DNA from: a virus
Lineage: Duplodnaviria; Heunggongvirae; Uroviricota; Caudoviricetes
DNA length: 64,000 nucleotides
Virus record (IMG/VR): IMGVR_UViG_3300048865_000005
Reading direction: 5' to 3' (one strand)
Both the position numbers and the translations under genes were made by a program. Under the pieces are notes generated by a model, which did not search any database, was not told the DNA's origin, and was given only the letters and a program-made list of their open reading frames with translations. Below are positions 34,931 to 43,209 of this stretch, in pieces (position 1 is the stretch's first letter; each line of letters opens with the position of its first letter).

Positions 34931-35931
34931 TGGATTTTAATCGTAAAACAAAGATTCAAACAAAAACAGAAAGTTACGCAAGACACTATCCCACTATTGT
35001 TGAATTAGCAAACAAGCAACTAGAAGATCAATTATGGTTTAACTCTGAGATGATTGTAGAGTTAGACAAAATGCAACTTCTTTATGAATTGACACCAGCA
35101 CAATTACATGCTGTTAAATACGTACTTCAGCTTTTCCTACGGTATGAACTTATCGTAGGTGAAGAATTCTGGAACTCTCTTGTAATTAAAGAGTTCCCAC
35201 GTCCTGAAGTAAAACTTGCTGCAAGTATTGTAGGCATGATGGAGCTTGCAGTTCATGCAGAGTTCTACAACCAAATTAATATTGTATTAGGACTAGATAA
35301 AGACGAAGACTATGTAGCTTATACGAACGATCCTGAGCTAGCCTCTCGTGTTGAATGGTTGGACGAGATTCTTACAGGGGAAGATAAGGTACTAGCTACA
35401 ATCATCTTCTCTCTGACTGAAACTGCACTTCTGTTTAGTTCGTTCGCTATTCTGAAGAGCTTCCAGTCTAACGGCTTTAACTTGATTCCGGTTATTGCTC
35501 GTGGAGCGAATCAGTCTGCAATTGATGAAGACCTGCACGGCATTATCAGTGCGGAAATTATTAATACACGTTATGCAGAACTTGGTGCAGCTCTAAAGGA
35601 TGACAAGAGACGTGTAGATAAGATTTATGAGGCTGTGTTCTTTGTATATGGGCACGAAAGCCGGATTATTGATAAGGCAATTATTGAAGACTCTTTTAAT
35701 GGAGTTAAAAAGCAAGAGTATAAAGAGTTCGTAAAGAGACGCCTAAATATCTATTTGGAGCGTCTTGGCCTCCCCCCTGCATTTGAAGAAGGCGATTGCA
35801 GTATTAAGGATTGGTTCGAAACTAATACTTACGCCTACAAAGTTATTGATTTCTTCTCTCCCGGTCTCGGTATGGAGTACGAAATGGGCTGGAAGAAGGA
35901 ACTGTTTACATCTGCATGGGAGGATAATTAA
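34930..35931 (+). CDS. ribonucleotide reductase small subunit (R2, ferritin-like)
   Basis: Iron-ligand motifs MMELAVHAEFY (E..H), SLTETALLFSSFA (E), AIDEDLHGIIS (E..H). Confidence 0.75.
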   Translation: MDFNRKTKIQTKTESYARHYPTIVELANKQLEDQLWFNSEMIVELDKMQLLYELTPAQLHAVKYVLQLFLRYELIVGEEFWNSLVIKEFPRPEVKLAASIVGMMELAVHAEFYNQINIVLGLDKDEDYVAYTNDPELASRVEWLDEILTGEDKVLATIIFSLTETALLFSSFAILKSFQSNGFNLIPVIARGANQSAIDEDLHGIISAEIINTRYAELGAALKDDKRRVDKIYEAVFFVYGHESRIIDKAIIEDSFNGVKKQEYKEFVKRRLNIYLERLGLPPAFEEGDCSIKDWFETNTYAYKVIDFFSPGLGMEYEMGWKKELFTSAWEDN

Positions 35932-35933
35932 GA

Positions 35934-37667
35934 GTGATTGATTTTAGTGAGATGCGTAAACGCCAACAAGCGGAAGGAGAAGTTCCGCCTTGGTTTACTA
36001 CAGGCGGTTTACAGCTTTTCCATAATAAATACGCGTACAAGGGCGAGACGGTTAGTAGCCGCTTCCGCACTATTGCAAAAGCAATGGCAAAACATGCTCC
36101 AAAAGTCATGCCTTCGTTTTGGGATACAGACCCATATACAGCCGGTAAGAGTTGGGAAGATGTTTTCTTCAATACTATGTGGGATGGCTTTATTAGCTGT
36201 TCTACTCCACTATTGGCAAACGGAGGATTAAGACAGCGTGGAACTACGGTTAGTTGTGCAGGTGGTTATGTTGGTAATAATTTATTTGATCGTTATAACG
36301 CTATAACCGAAGCTGCGATTCTTACGAAACACAGTCATGGTACAAGCTATAGTATCGATCATTGGCCGCACGAAGGGGCCGAACTGCGTCGTGGTGGTCG
36401 TAGTCAAGGTGTAATGCCTATCGTTCATTCCTTTATTGATGTAATGGAAGACGTTACACAGGGAAGTCGTCGCGGTAGTTTGGCCTATAGTATTCGTCCG
36501 CAACATCCAGATTTCGAGAAAGTATTAGATCACCTATACAAGCGTACTGAGTCTAATAATGTCGGCTGGTTGATTGATGATGAGTTTCGTCGCCTCCTGA
36601 ACGACAAAGACCCAGAGATTTTCGATAAATTCCAAAAGATTCTTGGCGTTAAGATGCCTCGCGGTAAGGGTTACTTTACTTTCATCGATAAAATGAATCG
36701 CCACCTTGCCGAAGCATTCCGTCGAAAGGGTTTGACTGTCAAAGCTTCAAACTTGTGTCAGGAGACATGTCTAGGTTCGGATGAGCGTTACACCTTTAGT
36801 TGTGTGATTCTTAACTACAACTTGGAGCTATACCGTTCGTGGCCTAAGTATCTGGTGTTTATTGGTCAGGTAATGTCTGACTGCAATATTTCAGAATACT
36901 TGGAAACGATGGATGAGATGAGCGAGCTTGACCGCATTGCTCTGACCAAAATCTACCGTTTTACTAAAGAGTTCCGGGCACTCGGTAGTGGTGTTCTTGG
37001 CTGGCATACGTTGATGCAGAAAGAGCGTATCAGCGTAAGTAGCTTGCAGTGCATGTTTTTGAACGATGAAATCTTCCGTCATCTGGACGAAGAATCGCTA
37101 AAGGCTTCCCGTTGGCTAGCGGGTGTGCTGGGAGAGCCTGAAGGTTGTGCTGGTTTGGGTATCCGTAACGCTACCCGGCTAATGATGCCTCCGACGAAAT
37201 CTACCGCTGAAATCATGGCGGGGGCTTCTGAGGGTATCGGCCTTGATCTAGGGATGGCTTTTACAAAGCAATCAGCAGGCGGTGAGTTCTTCCGTATCAA
37301 CAAAGTGTTGCTTGAGTTGATGAAAGAGAAGGAAGTGTTCTCTGATGAGAACGTTAGACAGATCGTAGACGCCAAAGGCAGCGTACAGCAAGTCGATTGG
37401 TTGACAGATGATGAGAAAGCAGTATTCCGAACGGCTTTTGAAGTCCCGATGGAAGACTACCTACGCCTGTGTTCTCGGCGGCAGAAGTACATTGACCAAG
37501 CACAGTCAATCAACCTGTACTTTACGTCTAATGACTCCGAAGAATACATCAGCAAAATTCATAAATTGGCTTTTGAGGATGAGGGCATTCTGAGCCTGTA
37601 TTACATCTATTCCATGCGTGGGGCAGGTCAAATTACCCGCGTAACGGACTGCGAAATGTGTCAATAA
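35934..37667 (+). CDS. ribonucleotide reductase large subunit (short form without obvious ATP-cone)
   Basis: Catalytic NLCQE motif (NxCxE). C-terminal CEMCQ cysteine pair. 577 aa. Immediately downstream of R2. Confidence 0.65.
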   Translation: MIDFSEMRKRQQAEGEVPPWFTTGGLQLFHNKYAYKGETVSSRFRTIAKAMAKHAPKVMPSFWDTDPYTAGKSWEDVFFNTMWDGFISCSTPLLANGGLRQRGTTVSCAGGYVGNNLFDRYNAITEAAILTKHSHGTSYSIDHWPHEGAELRRGGRSQGVMPIVHSFIDVMEDVTQGSRRGSLAYSIRPQHPDFEKVLDHLYKRTESNNVGWLIDDEFRRLLNDKDPEIFDKFQKILGVKMPRGKGYFTFIDKMNRHLAEAFRRKGLTVKASNLCQETCLGSDERYTFSCVILNYNLELYRSWPKYLVFIGQVMSDCNISEYLETMDEMSELDRIALTKIYRFTKEFRALGSGVLGWHTLMQKERISVSSLQCMFLNDEIFRHLDEESLKASRWLAGVLGEPEGCAGLGIRNATRLMMPPTKSTAEIMAGASEGIGLDLGMAFTKQSAGGEFFRINKVLLELMKEKEVFSDENVRQIVDAKGSVQQVDWLTDDEKAVFRTAFEVPMEDYLRLCSRRQKYIDQAQSINLYFTSNDSEEYISKIHKLAFEDEGILSLYYIYSMRGAGQITRVTDCEMCQ

Positions 37668-37675
37668 CCCTTGCA

Positions 37676-37708
37676 CCCTGCATCGAAAGATGCGGGGTTT
37701 TCTTGTTT
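37676..37708 (+). terminator. rho-independent terminator after the RNR operon
   Basis: CCCTGCATC-GAAA-GATGCGGGG hairpin followed by TTTTCTTGTTT. Confidence 0.6.
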
Positions 37709-37817
37709 GCGTAAAAAATCACAAAAAACCTGTATTAACCTATTGACCGATTCGCTTTCCATCTCTATCATTGCACGACTGTTAAGCGAAATATCCCGAC
37801 TTTTTATTGGAAATTAC

Positions 37818-38024
37818 ATGACAATTCAAATACGACCTTCCTTACGGGAGGGGTTAACGTCCTACTTAGTATCTTTAAGCAGCAGCATGAGCTATTACGA
37901 TAAGGAAATTGATGAGGCACGATTCGCTTGCAATTATGTTTATGCTAATAAATTAGAAGTGGAAAAGACCTTACTTAAGGCTCATATAAGCACATTGGCA
38001 AATCTCATGAAGCGTTGTGCTTAA
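37818..38024 (+). CDS. hypothetical protein
   Basis: ATG at 37818 (the ORF track's 37671 alternative would read through the terminator hairpin). Confidence 0.4.
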   Translation: MTIQIRPSLREGLTSYLVSLSSSMSYYDKEIDEARFACNYVYANKLEVEKTLLKAHISTLANLMKRCA

Positions 38025-38218
38025 TGGTACAGATAGTTTCTCCGCCTAAGTTAAGGCAAGCGACATGTAACAGATGTGAGGCTGTAATGACTTACGACCG
38101 AAATGAAGTTCGCTACTTTGATAGAAAGGATTACACAGGAGATAACGAGCGCTGCCATTATATTGTTTGCCCATGTTGTACAAACTCGGTAATTGTTGGT
38201 AGAGGTTATTATTACTAA
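38015..38218 (+). CDS. zinc-ribbon protein
   Basis: CNRCEAV...CPCCTNS, two CxxC pairs. Confidence 0.45.
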   Translation: MCLMVQIVSPPKLRQATCNRCEAVMTYDRNEVRYFDRKDYTGDNERCHYIVCPCCTNSVIVGRGYYY

Positions 38219-38409
38219 TGGGTAGGATTATTTGTATAACTGGTAACTTCCCAATTATCAAAAATGGGTACATAACCCAACTGACAGAGTTCGTTGTATC
38301 TCATGGTGTTGATGAAGATACATTCGAAAATGTCTGTCTTCCATGCGAGCATCCTAAGAATCTAGGAGCTAAATTTGATCAAAATATCGGAGAGTGGGTT
38401 CTAGAGTAA
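38218..38409 (+). CDS. hypothetical protein
   Basis: 63-aa ORF. Confidence 0.45.
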   Translation: MGRIICITGNFPIIKNGYITQLTEFVVSHGVDEDTFENVCLPCEHPKNLGAKFDQNIGEWVLE

Positions 38410-38563
38410 ATGTATCCCTTAGAGGACTTCATACCTTTCGATGGTACGGTTAAAGACGGTAATCAAGTAGTGCTGGTTTGGAGTCAACGGACAGGTTACT
38501 ACTTTGTACAATACGGCTTTACCGCTCTTTCAGATTTAAAAATTATTGCCAAACAGAAATAGA

Positions 38564-38806
38564 ATGCACCATACATCATTAAGTCATCCGAACACACAAG
38601 CTAAAATAGAAACAGCGATTATTAATTGTCTTTGTCTAGCAGAAGAATACGAAGAAAAAGGTATTGATTCAGTACGAAACAGGAAAGGTAAAGAGTTCCT
38701 TCGTATTGTAGCGCATCCAAGTAAAGAAATATTTGCATATGATCTAGACGGGAATGAAGTTACAGAGTACATTTCTGAACTTATTGAACATATAGAAAGG
38801 CATTAA
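38564..38806 (+). CDS. hypothetical protein
   Basis: ATG at 38564 (ORF track 38546). Confidence 0.45.
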   Translation: MHHTSLSHPNTQAKIETAIINCLCLAEEYEEKGIDSVRNRKGKEFLRIVAHPSKEIFAYDLDGNEVTEYISELIEHIERH

Positions 38807-38811
38807 ATTTC

Positions 38812-39147
38812 GTGAAGAATTCTCAGCAAATCCAGCATCTCTTAGGTATGGCTAGAAGTGTCAGACTATTTGATAAAGGAGACATGACGCAGTTGCGTAG
38901 AAACTTCATAGCGAAGGCAATACAGTTGCGTAATGATCGAATGGGAGTTGTATCGAAGCCAGTAATTAAAACCGAGTCTACGAAGTCGGTTGTAGTGAAA
39001 CCTGTAGAGCCTGTAGTAGAGGAAGAAGTAGTAGAAGCTCCTCCTGCAAAATCTCTAGCTCAGCAGATTGCAGAGCAGGCACTAAATAAAGCCAAACGTA
39101 AGCAGAGAGCTAAACGCGGTGAAGAACAATTAGGATTTGATGTATGA
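38812..39147 (+). CDS. hypothetical protein
   Basis: 111-aa ORF. Confidence 0.45.
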   Translation: MKNSQQIQHLLGMARSVRLFDKGDMTQLRRNFIAKAIQLRNDRMGVVSKPVIKTESTKSVVVKPVEPVVEEEVVEAPPAKSLAQQIAEQALNKAKRKQRAKRGEEQLGFDV

Positions 39148-39362
39148 ACATAAATTCTTTAAAAAGATTTATAAACCTTCCAGACGAAGACACTCAAGAT
39201 ATCTATAAGATAATCATAGAAGATGCAGAACAAGATAAAAGCGTCTGTGCTTGTCCAGACCTTCTTGAATATCAAATACAATTACTCATAGAGGACGGTT
39301 ATACGGTAAAGAAAGGAAAGAAAGACCGTGAAACTCAATGGTATTTGATAAGTGGCTGGTAG
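39144..39362 (+). CDS. hypothetical protein
   Basis: 72-aa ORF. Confidence 0.45.
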   Translation: MNINSLKRFINLPDEDTQDIYKIIIEDAEQDKSVCACPDLLEYQIQLLIEDGYTVKKGKKDRETQWYLISGW

Positions 39363-39385
39363 ATGAGGATGTAACATCTTAATAA

Positions 39386-39616
39386 ATGACTTACGAAGAA
39401 TTTAAGAAAGCTTGGATCAGTCAGTCACTAGAAGAGCATGTAGCATTAAGTAAAGGCTACGTAGACACTTCAAACAAAGATAGTTTAACGAAATGTTTTT
39501 CAAGTCTTTTTGATTGGATATATCCTGCACAATTTAAAGAAAACTATGAAGCTAGTTTAGCAACTGGTGAATTACAAGAAAGAATACTTAGGGGGTTTCT
39601 TGAAACAATCAATTGA
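39386..39616 (+). CDS. hypothetical protein
   Basis: 76-aa ORF. Confidence 0.45.
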   Translation: MTYEEFKKAWISQSLEEHVALSKGYVDTSNKDSLTKCFSSLFDWIYPAQFKENYEASLATGELQERILRGFLETIN

Positions 39617-39947
39617 AGTTGATTTGAAGTGGTATCATTTCAGTCAAAACAACAGTGGTGGCTATTTCATCCAAAACGATACAGTAGCAGAAGATGTATT
39701 TATTCAGGCTACATGTGAAGAAGAAGCTTGTCGGATAGCTTCAGATTTGTTCGAAGACTATTCAGATTATTGTGAATGCTGCGGAGAGCGTTGGTCGTAT
39801 TACTATATCGAAGAGGCTGATGTTCCTTCGCGTTATGGTGTCCCGATTACAGAAAAGTACGACCGTTGGGGAGAAGATGCTTACGCAGTATTGCACCACT
39901 ACGACAACACAGTAACTAAGTTCTACCCAAATCAGAAGGAGATTTAA
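39600..39947 (+). CDS. hypothetical Cys-rich protein
   Basis: TTG at 39600 with GGGGG RBS (ORF track 39567). CxC/CC cluster CECCGERW. Confidence 0.4.
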   Translation: MKQSIEVDLKWYHFSQNNSGGYFIQNDTVAEDVFIQATCEEEACRIASDLFEDYSDYCECCGERWSYYYIEEADVPSRYGVPITEKYDRWGEDAYAVLHHYDNTVTKFYPNQKEI

Positions 39948-39948
39948 T

Positions 39949-40287
39949 TTGGATATACGCAAGTCAAAGTTTCGGGTAAGCAGTTCTGAGCAAAGCGAAG
40001 AGGTGCAAAAGTGGTTGTTTACCCAAGGCTGTGCATGGTTCTTGGATACACAAGATTGCCGCCCTAATACCGTAAGACATATTAATGGAGAGTTTCTGTA
40101 TGTTTGTGATGAAAAGTATATTACTTATGGAGGTTGTGAAGACCAATTCTACAAAAAACCTTATAAAGAATTGTCTTTGGTCATAACATATACACCGCAC
40201 TATACAATAGTAGAAACAGAAACAGTTAAAGTGTTAGGTAAAGTAGTTAATAAAAAATTTCTTGAACAGTTCCTATCCCAATTCTGA
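39949..40287 (+). CDS. hypothetical protein
   Basis: 112-aa ORF. Confidence 0.5.
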   Translation: MDIRKSKFRVSSSEQSEEVQKWLFTQGCAWFLDTQDCRPNTVRHINGEFLYVCDEKYITYGGCEDQFYKKPYKELSLVITYTPHYTIVETETVKVLGKVVNKKFLEQFLSQF

Positions 40288-40295
40288 GTAATTAA

Positions 40296-40982
40296 ATGAA
40301 TAGTAATAAAGTGTTCAACTCTCAAATAAGAGAAGTTGGTAGCTTCGCTACGCATGTAAGTAATGAACAAATTAAATTAGAACCAATGTTCTTTAATTGT
40401 GATTTGGATTATGCCTACAGTAACGGAGGACTAATTACAAAAGCATTCATAGATACACTTCCAGCTTATTGGTTTCTAGAAGATTGTGTCTTTGATAGTC
40501 GTGTACACATGCTAATGCCGGGGTGGTATCCGGCGATTCCGGGATTTCACCACGACGACGTACCACGTCCAGATATTCCAGTAGGGCAGCACTTTATTAC
40601 AGCAGGGCAACCAGACTACGACAATCCACGATACTACTCGGAACACATCTTAGGGTTAGTTAACGCGGACGTTTGCCCGACAGAGTTTGCTCTAGGTACT
40701 GCCGAGTTCTCACGTATCCCGGATGGTGAATTGATCTACCGGAAATGGCACGAAGAGGTATTGAATCATCTCGAAGCGGGACGAATGGAGCGCTACACCG
40801 CAAAAGACCGCACGCTAATTGAAATGGACTGGCAAACATTCCACCAAGGGACGGCAGCAGTAAGTAACGGTTGGCGATGGTTTGGACGAGTGAGCCGACA
40901 CACCAATAGGGTGAAGAAAGTAACTAACGAAATGAGGCAGCAGGTACAAGTGTACTTGGAGTTTCCTATGGAGGGATGGTAA
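40296..40982 (+). CDS. hypothetical protein, possibly cupin/2OG-Fe(II) oxygenase-like
   Basis: H-x-D (GFHHDD) and a distal His (TFHQG) about 110 aa apart, plus RVSRH. Speculative. Confidence 0.4.
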   Translation: MNSNKVFNSQIREVGSFATHVSNEQIKLEPMFFNCDLDYAYSNGGLITKAFIDTLPAYWFLEDCVFDSRVHMLMPGWYPAIPGFHHDDVPRPDIPVGQHFITAGQPDYDNPRYYSEHILGLVNADVCPTEFALGTAEFSRIPDGELIYRKWHEEVLNHLEAGRMERYTAKDRTLIEMDWQTFHQGTAAVSNGWRWFGRVSRHTNRVKKVTNEMRQQVQVYLEFPMEGW

Positions 40983-41008
40983 ATCCCAACTTTTTTGAAA
41001 CAATTTGG
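40983..41008 (+). promoter_or_regulatory. conserved middle-block motif copy 6 (CCCAAC-TTTTTTGAAACAATTT)
   Basis: Followed by GGAGG and TTG at 41016. Confidence 0.5.
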
Positions 41009-41015
41009 AGGTCTC

Positions 41016-41201
41016 TTGGAAGACTTGTTGAAGCGATACGCTGATGTAGCAAAAAGCTCTGTTGAGTTCATAGAGGCATTACGAGAAGAGAATGGAAAAC
41101 TTAAACAGGAGTTGAGCAAAGTTCGTAAAGAGTTGGATGAGGCAAATAATCGGTTATCTGATTATGCATGGGAAATTTATCCACAACAGGGGGCATACTA
41201 A
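41016..41201 (+). CDS. small coiled-coil protein
   Basis: TTG at 41016 with GGAGG RBS 4 nt upstream (ORF track 40995 lies inside the motif). Confidence 0.45.
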   Translation: MEDLLKRYADVAKSSVEFIEALREENGKLKQELSKVRKELDEANNRLSDYAWEIYPQQGAY

Positions 41202-41252
41202 TGTCAATTAACAAATTAAACATTGTAAAAGTAGTACTTTAAAAGGAGATAT

Positions 41253-41645
41253 ATGGAGTTTCGTAAGTTCAATAGTTTGGAAAATACCTATCGTCAAAAC
41301 CTTATCGAAAAGGTGTTGTTCGAAGGTAAGGGGAAGGGAGAGTGGATTGTAAGTGAGAAGATTCATGGAGCTAATTTTAGCTTCTGGTGCGATGGTAACG
41401 AAGTTAAGGTTGCTTCTCGGACACAATTTGTAGACGGTACTTTTTTCAACTGCCAATCAGTAATTAATAAGTATCACGATGGAATTCTTAAGTTTCACCG
41501 GGAGCGTCTTGAGAAAGGAGATTTGTTGGTAATTTATGGGGAGTTATACGGGAAGAGTGTTCAAAAGGAAGTCGATTACGGTCCAAAAGATTTTAGAGCA
41601 TTCGATGTGCGTCTTATCCGTCAACAAGAGGAGGATGTAGCATGA
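41253..41645 (+). CDS. RNA ligase 2 (T4 Rnl2-like), N-terminal fragment with motifs I and III
   Basis: KFNSLENTYRQNLIEKV...GEWIVSEKIHGANFSF...VIYGELYGKSVQKEVDYGPKDFRAFDV closely parallels the T4 Rnl2 N-terminus. KIHG is the lysine-adenylate motif. Confidence 0.7.
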   Translation: MEFRKFNSLENTYRQNLIEKVLFEGKGKGEWIVSEKIHGANFSFWCDGNEVKVASRTQFVDGTFFNCQSVINKYHDGILKFHRERLEKGDLLVIYGELYGKSVQKEVDYGPKDFRAFDVRLIRQQEEDVA

Positions 41646-42199
41646 TTTTAAGTAAAGATGAAGCATGTCGTGTAAGTCTTGGATGTGGTATTCAATTCAC
41701 ACCTGTATTGTTCATTGGTACGTTCGAAGAGTGCTTGGAAGTAGAGCATGTATTTCGATCCAAACTCACTCCTGAAGATTTTGAAGGGGAGAATGAAGCA
41801 GAGGGGGTAGTAATCGAACCTGTAATTCCGACCTACTTCGATAACGGTAATCGTATTTACTTCAAAAAGAAAACTGAAGCATTCACAGAACGTAAGAAAG
41901 TTCCACGAGTAAAACAAGTAACCCAACTGAACGAAAGAGAGAATGAACTCCTGACTTTGTTGCTTGAATACAGCACAACTCAGCGGGTAAGCAATGTAAT
42001 TAGTAAGTTTGGTACTGTAACTAATAAAGACTTTAATAAGCTTGTCGGTTTAACTATTCAAGATGTTCTCGAAGAGTTCCACAAAGAGAACGATATCGAC
42101 TTGAAAAAAGAAGCTGAAGAGAATTGGCAACGTTTTAATAAGATGTTTGCGGCTGAAGTTGGTAAGACAGTACGCGAGCAATTTCTAAAAGTAATCTAA
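41642..42199 (+). CDS. RNA ligase 2 (T4 Rnl2-like), C-terminal fragment with motifs IV and V plus C-terminal domain
   Basis: AEGVVIEP (motif IV). RIYFKKKTEAF (motif V). NVISKFGTVTNKDFNKLVGLTIQDVLEE parallels the Rnl2 C-domain. Starts at an ATGA overlap with the previous fragment, in a different frame. Confidence 0.7.
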   Translation: MILSKDEACRVSLGCGIQFTPVLFIGTFEECLEVEHVFRSKLTPEDFEGENEAEGVVIEPVIPTYFDNGNRIYFKKKTEAFTERKKVPRVKQVTQLNERENELLTLLLEYSTTQRVSNVISKFGTVTNKDFNKLVGLTIQDVLEEFHKENDIDLKKEAEENWQRFNKMFAAEVGKTVREQFLKVI

Positions 42200-42216
42200 G
42201 GTTATATAGGTAAGAA

Positions 42217-42507
42217 GTGTACAAACTTAACCCAAGGCAAATTACAATTGACTTCACAGTATCTAACTACGATCTAAAAATGAATCATAGGGTGGTAGAT
42301 TACAAACTAGCCCAAGCCAGAGATGCAATTTTAAAAAGTACTTTCGAGAAAGAATCTCTAAAGAAAACTGAAGATGAGTTCAGTACCAACTATAGAATCT
42401 CTTTATATGTAGCAACACCCGAAGAATTCGAAGCAATGATACATGAGCGTGCTAAACGCATAGCTAAAGATATGGTTTGTAAGATGCCGGGGTGCTATTT
42501 TGACTGA
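42217..42507 (+). CDS. hypothetical protein
   Basis: 96-aa ORF. Confidence 0.5.
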   Translation: MYKLNPRQITIDFTVSNYDLKMNHRVVDYKLAQARDAILKSTFEKESLKKTEDEFSTNYRISLYVATPEEFEAMIHERAKRIAKDMVCKMPGCYFD

Positions 42508-42919
42508 GTTTAAGTCTCTAGTTAAGATCGAAGATAGAAGGTTACTGGTTAAGGCTCTACATAACTACAGAGTTGCAAAAGATATAGAACCTAAACTTAT
42601 TGAGAAGGGTATTAATCTTTACTACTTAGACTGGAAGGAGAAGGCTAATAAGTTCGAGATATGGTGGTACAGGAATTACACGCCAAAGGAACTTGCTAGT
42701 CATCATCTAAGAATGTTCACTCCTTGGTACAAACTATTCTCTGAGGATTGGTTTACTTCATTTGAGTATGAAGTTCTTGAGGATATGGCATGGGATGCCA
42801 GTAGGGAAAGTGCAATAGTAGTTAAAAATATCTTGGAAACAGGAGCTACCGAAATATATGTAGATGTACGTGTAATGCGATTTATAAACAAATGGAAGAA
42901 CTTTAAATGTTATATCTAA
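42500..42919 (+). CDS. hypothetical protein
   Basis: 139-aa ORF. Confidence 0.5.
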   Translation: MTEFKSLVKIEDRRLLVKALHNYRVAKDIEPKLIEKGINLYYLDWKEKANKFEIWWYRNYTPKELASHHLRMFTPWYKLFSEDWFTSFEYEVLEDMAWDASRESAIVVKNILETGATEIYVDVRVMRFINKWKNFKCYI

Positions 42920-43209
42920 GTTGGAGCATTGTTAGGTTAATACTGGTATCTGTGATGTTCTTGCTTCCTCTACTAGCTGCACTTTATTTTAAGAAGGTAA
43001 AGCCAAAGACATTCGTAATATCTGTTGTAGTTGGGTATATGTTTATTGCTTATCTGGCAATTAACGTAGGTGTAAGGCAAGAGAACTTAGGAAGAGAAAG
43101 GTTCGATCAAGTAATAACAGAAACTCAAATAGAAAAGAAACAAGTTACACGATATAACGCTGAAAAAGCACAAGACAATTTTGAAAAAACTTTAAAGGAA
43201 ATTAATTAA
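42907..43209 (+). CDS. membrane protein (2 TM), possible partner of the SPFH protein
   Basis: LILVSVMFLLPLLAALYF and VISVVVGYMFIAYLAINVGV helices. Stop overlaps the SPFH gene start. Confidence 0.5.
   Translation: MLYLSWSIVRLILVSVMFLLPLLAALYFKKVKPKTFVISVVVGYMFIAYLAINVGVRQENLGRERFDQVITETQIEKKQVTRYNAEKAQDNFEKTLKEIN

Noticed and set aside
37671-37817. ORF-track extension of the 37671-38024 gene across the RNR terminator
   Set aside because: Upstream part overlaps the rho-independent terminator hairpin and has no RBS. ATG at 37818 preferred.
17941-41012. ORF-track start codons (TTG) located inside the conserved TTTTTTGAAACA motif at 17941 and 40995
   Set aside because: The TTG is part of the conserved motif. 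In-frame downstream starts with strong GGAG-type RBSs (GTG 17962, TTG 41016) are preferred. For 30924 no alternative exists, so it was kept with low confidence.
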